The notes below the pieces were generated by a model. That model was not told the origin of the DNA. It saw nothing but the letters and a program-made list of their open reading frames with translations, and did not search any database. Of a stretch of DNA of 64,000 nucleotides, positions 1 to 9,925 are shown in pieces. The position numbers and the translations under genes are program-made. The DNA comes from Bacteriovoracaceae bacterium (GTDB lineage Bacteria; Bdellovibrionota; Bacteriovoracia; Bacteriovoracales; Bacteriovoracaceae): assembly GCA_018649885.1 (NCBI GenBank), contig JABIHA010000087.1:1-64000 (forward strand). Direction: 5' to 3'. The first letter of the stretch is position 1; each line of letters begins with the position of its first letter.

Positions 1-1
1 T

Positions 2-193
2 ACCGCCGAAGCACAAGCTTCTGCCACTGCCGAAGCTCAATCATCTGCTACTGCCCACGCACAAGCATCTGCCACTGCCCAGGCACAAGCATCTGCTACT
101 GCCGAAGCACAAGCATCTGCTACTGCCGAAGCACAAGCTTCTGCCACTGCTGAAGCACAAGCATCTGCTACTGCTGAAGCACAAGCATCTGCT
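2..193 (+). repeat. Eight tandem 24-bp coding repeats (consensus TAEAQASA), running off the window edge
   Basis: Units acy gcy gaa gca caa gcw tct gcy start at 2, 26, 50, 74, 98, 122, 146 and 170. Confidence 0.95.
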
Positions 194-3100
194 ACTGCAG
201 ACGCTGCTGCCACTGCAACCGCCGCTGCATCAGTCGCTCAAATAATTTTTAAACAAGGGGCCACTACTTATTCTTCGGCCCAAACATATAGTTTTGGAAA
301 CTTTGCTGCTGGTGATGAAACTGATGTCACCTTTATTATAGAACACTCAGCAGGTATCAATGATGCTGGTGAAATAACTGTTACAGGATTAGCTGCTCCT
401 TATACATTTAAAGGAGGCGCTTGGCCTGGGGTTGGCGGAACTTGCGGGGCGCAACCTTTTGTTCTCACTCCCGCAGCTAGTTGTACTTTTGTCATGAACT
501 TCACTAGCAACCCAGGAACTAACACTACTTATCCTGATACTATTGTTATCGATTTTGATGACCTAGGTGGAACTTCACAAAATCAAACTGAAAATAGAAA
601 TATTACAGGTATCTTCCAAAAAGGTTGGTTCGATGCCACTGACTCAAGTCTTTCTGCAAGATTTGCATCCGAGTCTGTTTGGACAGGAAAGCAGATGATA
701 GTTTGGGGAGGAAAAACAGGATCTGCCAGCTCTACAAGGCAAAATGATGGTGCCCTTTATGATCCAATCACTGATAGTTGGACTCCTATGACCTCAACAG
801 ATGCGCCGACAGCTCGTTCACAACACAGAGTTAGTTGGGGTGGTGGAAAAATGTTTGTCTTTGGAGGACTAGGAACTAACGGTACCTTCTCAGCAGCAGG
901 TCAAGGTGGACTCTATAATCCTATGACTGATGATTGGGACCTAGTGGACACAACTGATGGCGATGAGCCCTCTGGAAGAATGGGCCACAGTTTAATTTAT
1001 GATCACACCAATCAGCAATTCATTATTTTTGGTGGAACTACAAATACATCCGTCCTTGCAGCTTCCAATACCTATTTCTTAGATCCAGATGGTGATGCAA
1101 ATGGAGATTGGCTTAAAATAGGGACAGCAGGGGCCCCAACTCAGCGGTATTATCATGGATCCCTTTGGACAGGTAGTGCAATGCTCGTCTGGGGAGGATG
1201 TACAAATAGATACAGCAATACCAATGGCTGTGATGCAAATGCCGAAGTCAATGATGGAATGGTCTTTATGCCATCAGGTGTTGGTGCGGGATCGTGGAAT
1301 GGTCTTGATGATGGTGCTGACCCAAATAAACCAAATGCACGTTACTTTCCAAAAATGTCCTGGGCGCCAGAGCTTGGCTCGCAGGGTAAAATTATTCTTT
1401 GGGGTGGATCCACAGACTCAACAAACACAGCAACACTTTTAGAAGAAACTACTGGTGCTGTATACGATTTGGCCGCTGCAGCCGATGCGAAATGGAGTCC
1501 TATTAATCAAACTGGTTCACCAAATGCTGGTGGAAGAAATATCTCACTTAATTTTTGGGATGGTACATATTTCTACATCTGGGGAGGCCTGCAATCAGAA
1601 GCTGCAGGAGTAGCCGATTTATATCGCTACAACCCAGGAGGAAATACTTGGTCAACTGTCGGAGAAGACGTAGGCATTGCACACAAAAGAACAGACCAAT
1701 CAGCAGGTGCCTACACGGGAGCAGGAGACGGTAGAATCATATTATTTGGTGGACGTTCTACAAGTTCTGCCAACAATACCAAGGCCACCACAATTTACGC
1801 TATTGATGGAACTCCTCCACCAATGATCACACTACAATACCCTAATGACTCAGCAGTCTCGGTTAATACAGGTTCGGAAATTAAAACTGGGTTTAATAAA
1901 GTGATGAATGAAAGCACGCTCAATAATTTTAATATCACACTGAGAAATTCCTCAGGTCAGCCTCTAGCTGGTTATATTAGTTATGACGCTCCATCAAAAA
2001 TTATGACCTATAGGCCTGCATTCCCAATGGAGCCGAATACTACCTATACTTACGAAGTTTCCAATAATGTACTTACGGGAGCAGCTGAAAATGTTCAAGG
2101 GGCCCCAAATTCCTATACTTTCACAACAGGTGATGTGGTCTTACACGCCGTTGGTTATGCAATGAACAGCGCGACTCCAAAAATAAGGGGTCGATGTAGC
2201 CCCAATGCCATAAATGTTGTGGCCAAGCTCGATGGTGGTGCGCAGGCGATGACTGATAGCGATTGTTCCGATGGGACTTTTGAAATCAACCTTTCTGGAC
2301 TTTCTGTGGCCAATCATGAAGTTCAAATTACGGCCGACTCAAATTCAAGTGGCGACACAGCGGACTTAAAGATAGAAGTACAAAACTGCGCGATGGCCGC
2401 CATTACAACAGCAGGTTCTTTTCCTGGAGGAGACGGAACTTCAGGGGACCCCTATCAAATCACCACTGTTGAAGAACTCGACCACGTAAGAGATGACATG
2501 GTCGGGGAATACTATAGGTTGATGAATAATATTGATCTGTCATGTAAAGCCTTCAGCGCACTAGGGACTTCAGCATCAAAATTCCAGGCAAACTTCGATG
2601 GCAATGGCTTTACCATTAGAAGGTTAAGTATTGATTACCCTACCGTCGACAACCTAGGATTTATTGGCTACATGGGCAACACAAGTTCTCTCATCAATAC
2701 AGGTGTTGTCGATACCTATATTAGAGGTGACGATCAAACGGGTGTTCTGGTAGGGCAATTATACTCCACTACAGCAACAGTTATAGATTCTTACGGATCA
2801 GGCTTTGTCCAAACAGGGGCTTCTACTAATGTTAATACTGGAGGCCTAGTAGGAATATTCAGAAATGGAATGGGCTCCAAGATTTACTTTGGTGGAGCTG
2901 TTGAAGGAGCTGTTACAACTGGAGGAGTTGCTGCTTATCCCTACGGTGCTAATATTTCCAATGCCATCAACTTTGGATTAGTAGCTCCACTTAAAGGAAC
3001 ATTTGGTGGAGTTTTTGGAAAATCTTACAATGTAGGTCATTTAACCAAGCTTACCAATTACGGCGTTGTTCATGGGCCCAATACGACCTCTGACACTGTT

Positions 3101-6100
3101 GGAGGTATAATTGGTTATAGCTATGGTTATGGCATGATTAGTGAATGTAAAAACTATGGATCTGTTAGTGGTGAAACTTCTGTTGGTGGAATCATTGGAA
3201 AACTATCAACCATAACTTTAGTAGACTGTGTTAACAAAGGGAAAGTCTACGGAAATTATTATGTAGGTGGAGTCGCCGGTAAACTTTATGGCTCTTCAAC
3301 TCTCGTTCGATCTCAAAACCACGGTGAAGTAGATGGTACAAATGGCACCACAAAAGACTATGTTGGAGGCGTTGCCGGCAGGGCCTACAAAACTAAAATA
3401 TCAGACAGCTACTCTACTGGTAATGTCACAGGGGACGCCTATGTTGGGGGATTCATTGGAGGAGTGCCTTCCGATGGAATCGCCGTTGTTGATAGCTATT
3501 CCAGTGGAGCTGTCACAGGAAATACCTTTACAGATAAATTTATTGGGGGAATCACAGGAACCCAAGCTCATATTCAATCATCTTTTTTCCTAGACACCGC
3601 TTGCGGAAATCCATTTACTCCACCGGCCACAGGAGGATGCCCAGGTGCAAATGGCGGATTAGGTATCACTGATGCTGAAATGAAAACTGAGGCCAATTTT
3701 ACTGGAGCAGGCTGGAGTTTTAGCACCACTACAAATGCCCCTTGGGAAATGGAAGGTGGAGGTCAATACCCTAGCCACAGATTCCAAAATAAATGTCCTA
3801 AAGGCTGGGAGAAAATTGAAATGGCCCCATCATATGCTGGTGGAGATGGTAGTGGTGGCAACCCCTATCAAATAACAAATGAAAACCAGCTTGCGAAAAT
3901 GTGGGAGAATACGGGCTCTGCCTTTAAGCTCAACAATGGAATCACCATTTCAACTTGTAGAGTGTGGTCACACGTTGGGGATCTTGCAGGTGCTTTTACT
4001 GGACAATTTAATGGCTTTAATCAAACCATAAATGGGCTTGTAGAAAATTCTAGTGGTGACTACGCAGGACTATTTGGTTATGCCGATAATGCCTCTGTAT
4101 CTATAAAAGATCTCACCATAAATAATGCCTATATCACAGGGCAAAAACACGCAGGAGCAGTTTTAGGTTATAGCAATAATGGAGATTTTATTGATAATGT
4201 AACTGTTACTGGAAAAATTCTTGGTACAAATAATGTCGGCTCCATTGCCGGTTACTCAAGATATTTAAAGATGTCTAGTATCACTAGTAATGGAACTGTC
4301 ATGGGGGCAATAAGCGTTGGTGGGTTGATAGGTTATCAAACGGTTAGTACAAACATCAGTACCTCAAGTTCCGCCAGTAATGTCATCGCCTTTGGTTCTT
4401 CCGTTGGTGGTATATCTGGCGTCTTATACAGCAACTCAAATATTACAAATACATATGCCACTGGAAATGTTTTTGGAGGAGAAAGTGCTTCTAGTGTAGG
4501 CGGCCTCATAGGAACTAGCTATGGTACCCCAAATACTATTACCTTTTCCCATGCAACAGGAAGTGTAAAAGGTGGAAGTAATGTTGGAGGACTGGCCGGA
4601 GAATTTAAAACTGTCGGGGCCATTATTTCTGATAGCTACGCCACAGGTAATGTTGAAGGAAACCAAAAAGTAGGAGGCCTTGTGGGCTACCTCTACTCCG
4701 ATGCTGTAGCCAAAAGATGTTACGCCTCAGGTAATGTTTCTTCTCCAGCTGCCATTTACGCGACAAAAGACGACCTTGGTGGTCTTGTTGGAAGGCTTGA
4801 GTCAAGAGGGTCCATTATTGACTGTTATTCAAATGGAAGTGTTGATGGTGACTCATATATTGGAGGTCTGGTCGGTCAATTAGGCGCCACAGGTGGGGTG
4901 ATCATTAACAGCTATACTAGAAGTGCTGCCACAGGAAACAGCAATGTGGATAAATTCATCGGTGGTAACTTAGGTCTTAACTCACTCATAGTTAACAGCT
5001 TTTTTGAAGATACAGGTTGCGGCTCTCCATTTACACCTCCCGCTACTGGTGGCTGCGCCGGTGCCAACGGAGGTTTAGGTCTTGCGACTGCTGATCTTCA
5101 AACTCAATCAGATTTAAGTGGGGTGGGATGGAACTTCACCAACAATGCCACATGGGTAATGGGAGGATCTTCCTACCCTGAAGTTGTCACCATCAATACC
5201 TGTCCAACTGGAAGTAGCGCAGTTGCAGCTGATGCTACATTTGCAGGAGGAACTGGAACAAGTGGAGATCCCTACTTAATAGACTCCACGGCAAGACTGG
5301 TCAAAATGGGAGAAAACCTAACTAAGTACTATAAACTAACAGCAAATGTTGGCTTTAGCTCTTGTCAGCACTGGATACCAATCGGTGACGCCACCACAAA
5401 ATTCACCGGTGGATTTGATGGAAACTCAAAGATAATCAAAGGCCTTCGAACCATCACCAATGGAAGTAATTATAAAGGGCTCTTTGGCTACATTCAAAGT
5501 GGTGAGATTAAAAACTTAATAATGGAAGATAGTATTATTGAAGGGGGCGCCTTCATGGGTACTATTGTAGGGAGAGCCGATTCGGCCAGTAATATTTTTG
5601 ACAACATAACTGTCACCAGGACCACTATTAATGGTACTACATCACTAGGTGGTGTTGTAGGTTATGCACTTCAAGCGAAACTCAAAAATATTACCGTCGA
5701 TGACTATAATTTTATTAATGGAACTACTGATGTCGGCGGAGTAGCAGGATATTTAGGCACCAATGCTTGGATAGAGAATGGCTCAGCATCAGCTGATATT
5801 ATAGGAACTACAGATGTTGGTGGAGTTGTAGGTCAAACTGTCGGTGGAACAATCCATAATTTTTCTACTACAGGAAAAATAAGTTCTCTAGGAGATAATG
5901 GAGCTGCTCTAGGAGGCATTGTTGGTTATGCCAACAGTAGTACATTGGTGGCAAAATGTAGCTCATCTGCAACTGTAAGCGGAAATAACTATATTGGCGG
6001 CTTAGTTGGTGAGGCCAAAACCCAAACTAATATCATCTATAGCTACTCCACTGGAAATATCTATGGCGACACCAAGGCTGGAGGGCTCATTGGCTACCTC

Positions 6101-7588
6101 CATCAAGATGCTCGAGTAGTAAGATCTTTTAGTTCATCACCAGTTAGTGCTCTACCTGGCGGAGGCTCAGGTGGAGATATAATGGGAGGCATGGTCGGCC
6201 TCATCGAAAAACGAGGGGCCATCATTGACTCTTATTCTAACGGAGCTGTTTCCGGAGATGACGCCGTTGGTGGATTTGCCGGTACTATAGGAATAAATGG
6301 AGTATTACTAAATCGTGTCTACACTACTTCCGTGGCCACAGGTAATACGAATATTGATAAATTTACACCTTACAATAACTCGTCTGCGGAATCAGGCTCT
6401 GCAATCATAGATGCATTTTATGAAGATGCTGGTTGTGGCGGTGGTGCTGCCGGTTGTGCCGGACCTGTTGTGGGAACAGCTTTAACTCAGTTTTATCTGC
6501 AAGACCTTACCACGATGGAATCCTATAATTTTGGCTTTGTTGGCTCATCAGGCTCGGCCTGGAAATACCCAGCGGGAAGTACATATGCAAAAATCGATGT
6601 TCTCGATTCTTGTCCAGGCGGAATCACGAGAGTTGCTGAAGCAGCTACATTTGCTGGAGGTACAGGAATACTGGCAGATCCATACTTGATTGACACTCCA
6701 GAGAGACTTGCCAAAATGAGTGAAAACTTAAGTGCTTATTATAAACTAACAACTAATATGGCTGGTGCCCCTTGTAAATTCTTTACTCCTATTGGAGCTT
6801 ATGCACCACAATTTGTAGGCGAGCTTGATGGTAACTCATTTGGTATTAAAAACTTTCTCTTTTTAAGAGATTCAGCAGCCGACACCATCGATAGAGTGGG
6901 ACTCTTCGGGGGAATGGTTGGCGTCAATGCTGCAATAAAAGATATGACTATTAGCGATTCTATTGTAATGGGAAAAAATGATATTGGAACATTTGTAGGA
7001 GATGGATACATAGGCAATGCCTCTGTCCCAGGAACCTACACTAATCTCAAGTCACATAGCAACCAAGCTTATGGTGGAAACTATGTTGGTAGTGCATTTG
7101 GACTACACACTGGAACACTAGATAAAATAGAAACTAAAAATCCTATGGTCTTTGGAGAATATCAAGTTGGAGGGATCATAGGACAATTCCAAAAAGCGGC
7201 TTCGACTCTTTCAAATTCTTTTTCAAAAGGTGGCCTTGTTCTCGCCCAAGACAAAGCTGGTGGTCTCATTGGAAGAAACTACTACTCTGTTACTGTAGAC
7301 AAGTCTTACAATGTAACTAAAGTTATGATCTGGTCAGGAAGCTCAAATGCTGAAGGTATAATTGGATCCCAGATTTTAGGGGCACCAGTAGTCACTAAGT
7401 CAGTCTTCTTCGATCCCAACTGTGTCACTGCCTATAGCTCGGGAGGCTGTGCCTCTACCAATGGTGGCATAGGTCTCGACGATACCGATATGAAGGCAGC
7501 CGCCACTTATAATGCCACCGGCGAAAACTGGGACCTTGCAACAGTCTGGGATCACGTAGGTGGAACAGACTATCCATTCCTGAGATAG
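2..7588 (+). CDS. Giant secreted/surface protein, 5'-partial: Ala-rich repeat stalk, ASH/choice-of-anchor-D Ig-like domain, Kelch beta-propeller, Big_5-like Ig domain, four GLUG-repeat modules
   Basis: The frame is open from position 2, so the ATG at 494 is internal. Motifs: FKGGAWPGVGGTCG..SCTF; Kelch-type xWGG/FGG repeats with W; GxGxxxxPYxI module starts near 2425, 3838, 5246 and 6656; many VGGLVG (GLUG) motifs. Confidence 0.85.
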   Translation, partial: TAEAQASATAEAQSSATAHAQASATAQAQASATAEAQASATAEAQASATAEAQASATAEAQASATADAAATATAAASVAQIIFKQGATTYSSAQTYSFGNFAAGDETDVTFIIEHSAGINDAGEITVTGLAAPYTFKGGAWPGVGGTCGAQPFVLTPAASCTFVMNFTSNPGTNTTYPDTIVIDFDDLGGTSQNQTENRNITGIFQKGWFDATDSSLSARFASESVWTGKQMIVWGGKTGSASSTRQNDGALYDPITDSWTPMTSTDAPTARSQHRVSWGGGKMFVFGGLGTNGTFSAAGQGGLYNPMTDDWDLVDTTDGDEPSGRMGHSLIYDHTNQQFIIFGGTTNTSVLAASNTYFLDPDGDANGDWLKIGTAGAPTQRYYHGSLWTGSAMLVWGGCTNRYSNTNGCDANAEVNDGMVFMPSGVGAGSWNGLDDGADPNKPNARYFPKMSWAPELGSQGKIILWGGSTDSTNTATLLEETTGAVYDLAAAADAKWSPINQTGSPNAGGRNISLNFWDGTYFYIWGGLQSEAAGVADLYRYNPGGNTWSTVGEDVGIAHKRTDQSAGAYTGAGDGRIILFGGRSTSSANNTKATTIYAIDGTPPPMITLQYPNDSAVSVNTGSEIKTGFNKVMNESTLNNFNITLRNSSGQPLAGYISYDAPSKIMTYRPAFPMEPNTTYTYEVSNNVLTGAAENVQGAPNSYTFTTGDVVLHAVGYAMNSATPKIRGRCSPNAINVVAKLDGGAQAMTDSDCSDGTFEINLSGLSVANHEVQITADSNSSGDTADLKIEVQNCAMAAITTAGSFPGGDGTSGDPYQITTVEELDHVRDDMVGEYYRLMNNIDLSCKAFSALGTSASKFQANFDGNGFTIRRLSIDYPTVDNLGFIGYMGNTSSLINTGVVDTYIRGDDQTGVLVGQLYSTTATVIDSYGSGFVQTGASTNVNTGGLVGIFRNGMGSKIYFGGAVEGAVTTGGVAAYPYGANISNAINFGLVAPLKGTFGGVFGKSYNVGHLTKLTNYGVVHGPNTTSDTVGGIIGYSYGYGMISECKNYGSVSGETSVGGIIGKLSTITLVDCVNKGKVYGNYYVGGVAGKLYGSSTLVRSQNHGEVDGTNGTTKDYVGGVAGRAYKTKISDSYSTGNVTGDAYVGGFIGGVPSDGIAVVDSYSSGAVTGNTFTDKFIGGITGTQAHIQSSFFLDTACGNPFTPPATGGCPGANGGLGITDAEMKTEANFTGAGWSFSTTTNAPWEMEGGGQYPSHRFQNKCPKGWEKIEMAPSYAGGDGSGGNPYQITNENQLAKMWENTGSAFKLNNGITISTCRVWSHVGDLAGAFTGQFNGFNQTINGLVENSSGDYAGLFGYADNASVSIKDLTINNAYITGQKHAGAVLGYSNNGDFIDNVTVTGKILGTNNVGSIAGYSRYLKMSSITSNGTVMGAISVGGLIGYQTVSTNISTSSSASNVIAFGSSVGGISGVLYSNSNITNTYATGNVFGGESASSVGGLIGTSYGTPNTITFSHATGSVKGGSNVGGLAGEFKTVGAIISDSYATGNVEGNQKVGGLVGYLYSDAVAKRCYASGNVSSPAAIYATKDDLGGLVGRLESRGSIIDCYSNGSVDGDSYIGGLVGQLGATGGVIINSYTRSAATGNSNVDKFIGGNLGLNSLIVNSFFEDTGCGSPFTPPATGGCAGANGGLGLATADLQTQSDLSGVGWNFTNNATWVMGGSSYPEVVTINTCPTGSSAVAADATFAGGTGTSGDPYLIDSTARLVKMGENLTKYYKLTANVGFSSCQHWIPIGDATTKFTGGFDGNSKIIKGLRTITNGSNYKGLFGYIQSGEIKNLIMEDSIIEGGAFMGTIVGRADSASNIFDNITVTRTTINGTTSLGGVVGYALQAKLKNITVDDYNFINGTTDVGGVAGYLGTNAWIENGSASADIIGTTDVGGVVGQTVGGTIHNFSTTGKISSLGDNGAALGGIVGYANSSTLVAKCSSSATVSGNNYIGGLVGEAKTQTNIIYSYSTGNIYGDTKAGGLIGYLHQDARVVRSFSSSPVSALPGGGSGGDIMGGMVGLIEKRGAIIDSYSNGAVSGDDAVGGFAGTIGINGVLLNRVYTTSVATGNTNIDKFTPYNNSSAESGSAIIDAFYEDAGCGGGAAGCAGPVVGTALTQFYLQDLTTMESYNFGFVGSSGSAWKYPAGSTYAKIDVLDSCPGGITRVAEAATFAGGTGILADPYLIDTPERLAKMSENLSAYYKLTTNMAGAPCKFFTPIGAYAPQFVGELDGNSFGIKNFLFLRDSAADTIDRVGLFGGMVGVNAAIKDMTISDSIVMGKNDIGTFVGDGYIGNASVPGTYTNLKSHSNQAYGGNYVGSAFGLHTGTLDKIETKNPMVFGEYQVGGIIGQFQKAASTLSNSFSKGGLVLAQDKAGGLIGRNYYSVTVDKSYNVTKVMIWSGSSNAEGIIGSQILGAPVVTKSVFFDPNCVTAYSSGGCASTNGGIGLDDTDMKAAATYNATGENWDLATVWDHVGGTDYPFLR

Positions 7589-7679
7589 AAGACCTCATGC
7601 CTTGGTTTTATTTTCAGTAGTAGCAATTTTTCTTATGGAAAGCGAAATTAAGTTGGTCTGCTCTTGCTTTACTTTTCGA

Positions 7680-7790
7680 TGGAGTGGAGTTGCACGCCCT
7701 CGGAAATCTAGCGAGCCTTGATAGAAGCCCCCCACACCACCTTACTTGCTAAGGTCCACGAGACTTCCGAGGGCGTGCAAACCCACTCCA
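7680..7790. repeat. Long intergenic inverted repeat (30-bp arms, extendable to about 40 bp)
   Basis: 7680-7709 TGGAGTGGAGTTGCACGCCCTCGGAAATCT matches the reverse complement of 7761-7790 at 27/30 positions, with a perfect 16-bp core. Confidence 0.9.
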
Positions 7791-8357
7791 CCCACGAGTC
7801 AAACCTCTCAAGAAAACTCAATGAAAAACAAATAGCTACAGACTATCAAACCTCCTTTTCCATAAAAGAATTACTACCACCGAAAATAAACCTAAACCCA
7901 AGCGGTACATCAATGAAAGGTCACGCCTCTTAAAAATCTATGCCTTGTCTGGATGACCCTGATAGTAGCCCCACTATCTCACTTACTATGGAGGGACAAA
8001 ATAGGGCACAAGCCAACATAATCCCCTTCCTATAAAAGCATAATAGAGAAATTAATCTACTTCTTTTATCAACAAATATTCCATACTCTATAAATAATTC
8101 TTAGTTAGAATTTTCCATCTTCAGTGAAGAGCAGAAATCGACGATAATAGTAGGGCGAGAAACACTTAAGCTAGGGGACACTTATTAGTACAGCAAAGAA
8201 AGATCAAAAAAAAGATAGTAAGGGTATTGGGCTTGGGAAAGTGATTCAATTTTCCAAGAAACAAAGAGAAAAAGAGCTATTATCTTACCAGGTTTCTGAT
8301 AAGAAAGAGCCACTTACGAGAAAGTCTTTATCTACCAAAGAAAAAGTTCTCTCAAAA

Positions 8358-9041
8358 TTATAGAATTTTCTCGGCGATTAGACTAATCAGATACTGATGC
8401 TCGTCAGAGAGATCACCTCTTAAATTATCTAAAATAAACCTTGTCTCTTTTCTATATTTTTCCACAAATTTAGCATGTTTTAATTCAGGCCCTACAGGTG
8501 GTGTAATAGTAAAATCAGATACATTATCGAGCCTGTCTGCCAGTTTAATTAAAAGGGCCTGATCACTCATGGCATTCATTTTCTGAGTTAAATACCTGGC
8601 CTTCCCCAAGCTCCCAAATTGCTCTTTGTACATGGCCAAAACTGAAGGGTTTGAGCTCAACTCGGCAACAAACTGGGAAACCCTCTTTCCAAAGCTTTTA
8701 GTAATAAGGGCAAGCGTGGCAGGCGTGTCTTCCACCACATCATGAAGAAAGGCCACCATCACCAGCTGATGATCACCAGTCAGCTCCTTGATTGTTTGAG
8801 CGACTCTATTGGGGTGAGTAAAGTAGGGAGTTCCATCAAATTTTCGTTTCACTCCAGTCGCTCTATGAAACGTTCTGGCAAAGGCGCGGGCCTTTCCAAT
8901 TTCTTCAAGTGCTTGGGGATCGCCGTATTTAGCAAAGCTAGCAAGATCTGTGACACTTTCAGGACAGCTGGCACGAGAGCTTATGCCAAATAAACTGTGA
9001 GCTACAATGAGTAGAAGTAAGAAACTACGATTTATAAACAT
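8358..9041 (-). CDS. RelA/SpoT-type HD-domain hydrolase (Mesh1/small alarmone hydrolase-like) with an N-terminal signal-like peptide
   Basis: Motifs RKFDGTPYFTHP, LHDVVEDT and KLADRLDN. ATG at 9041 has a GGGGA RBS and is followed by the hydrophobic stretch SFLLLLIVAHSLFG. Confidence 0.85.
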   Translation of the reverse strand: MFINRSFLLLLIVAHSLFGISSRASCPESVTDLASFAKYGDPQALEEIGKARAFARTFHRATGVKRKFDGTPYFTHPNRVAQTIKELTGDHQLVMVAFLHDVVEDTPATLALITKSFGKRVSQFVAELSSNPSVLAMYKEQFGSLGKARYLTQKMNAMSDQALLIKLADRLDNVSDFTITPPVGPELKHAKFVEKYRKETRFILDNLRGDLSDEHQYLISLIAEKIL

Positions 9042-9117
9042 TAAAATCCCCAAAAGATTTGGGGAATTTGGCATAGCTTTAATTCCAATACAATCTAAAA
9101 ATTACACCGTGAAAAAA

Positions 9118-9915
9118 CTAAAAGCTATAGCCCAAATTGAATTGTAAGCTGGTCACAGAAAAACTGCCGCCATATTGGTAGTCTTCAACCACCACATAGG
9201 ATCTTCCACCGTGGCCCTCATCTTTGTGAACCGTCTCACTGAAGTTGGCCTTGCTATTTCCATACCCGATTTGAGCTCCTAAATGCAGAGATCCCATCTT
9301 GAGCGAAGGACCCACAAAGACCTCATAGCCTTTGGCCGTGATAAAGTAGCCATTCATACCAAAAGGTGTTTTGTCTTCAACTGTCCCTCGATAGGAAAAG
9401 AACGCCCCCCCAAAATCGAGATCTACGCTGTGTCCAAGTCTCAAGTGATAGCCAACTAAGGCCTTGAGCCCCGGGATACCACCATCTTTGTATTTTTCTT
9501 CGCTACCTTTAATATCGAGATCACCATAAAGAAATTGAGGTTCAATGAAGATTCCACTCTCGGTGTTAACCCGAACACCAAACACCCACGCCTTAAGGCC
9601 CTTGGGCTTAGTTAGAAAGGGATTTTTCACCCCATTATGAAAGCTATTTCGGTAATGCCCCAATGTAAGAGTGTAGGGTTTAAAACGCGATTTGGGATAG
9701 TAGGTTTTAATTTGGGGAGTCTGGGGCTCGGCCACAATCTCTTTTTTTTCCAAAGCTTCATCTTTGGGTTCATAGAAGTTAAAATTGTATGTGCGACCAC
9801 TATCTTCAGATTCTTCGACAGAAGATTCAGTAACTGTGATATTTTCTCCATTACTTTGTGCCAGAACAAAATTTGTATTCAAAAAAATCAAAAAAAACAA
9901 AATGATCTTTTTCAT
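9118..9915 (-). CDS. Outer-membrane beta-barrel-like protein, TYNFNFY paralog 4
   Basis: Signal peptide, GRTYNFNFY motif, amphipathic strands, C-terminal FNLGYSF beta-signal. Confidence 0.75.
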   Translation of the reverse strand: MKKIILFFLIFLNTNFVLAQSNGENITVTESSVEESEDSGRTYNFNFYEPKDEALEKKEIVAEPQTPQIKTYYPKSRFKPYTLTLGHYRNSFHNGVKNPFLTKPKGLKAWVFGVRVNTESGIFIEPQFLYGDLDIKGSEEKYKDGGIPGLKALVGYHLRLGHSVDLDFGGAFFSYRGTVEDKTPFGMNGYFITAKGYEVFVGPSLKMGSLHLGAQIGYGNSKANFSETVHKDEGHGGRSYVVVEDYQYGGSFSVTSLQFNLGYSF

Positions 9916-9925
9916 AAAAGTATCC

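Noticed and set aside
7680..7790. SRP RNA or 6S RNA identity for the hairpin
   Set aside because: No SRP domain IV GGAA-loop motif or clear 6S central bubble was recognised.
7718..7933. 71-aa ORF
   Set aside because: It starts inside the long hairpin and has no RBS or recognisable motif.
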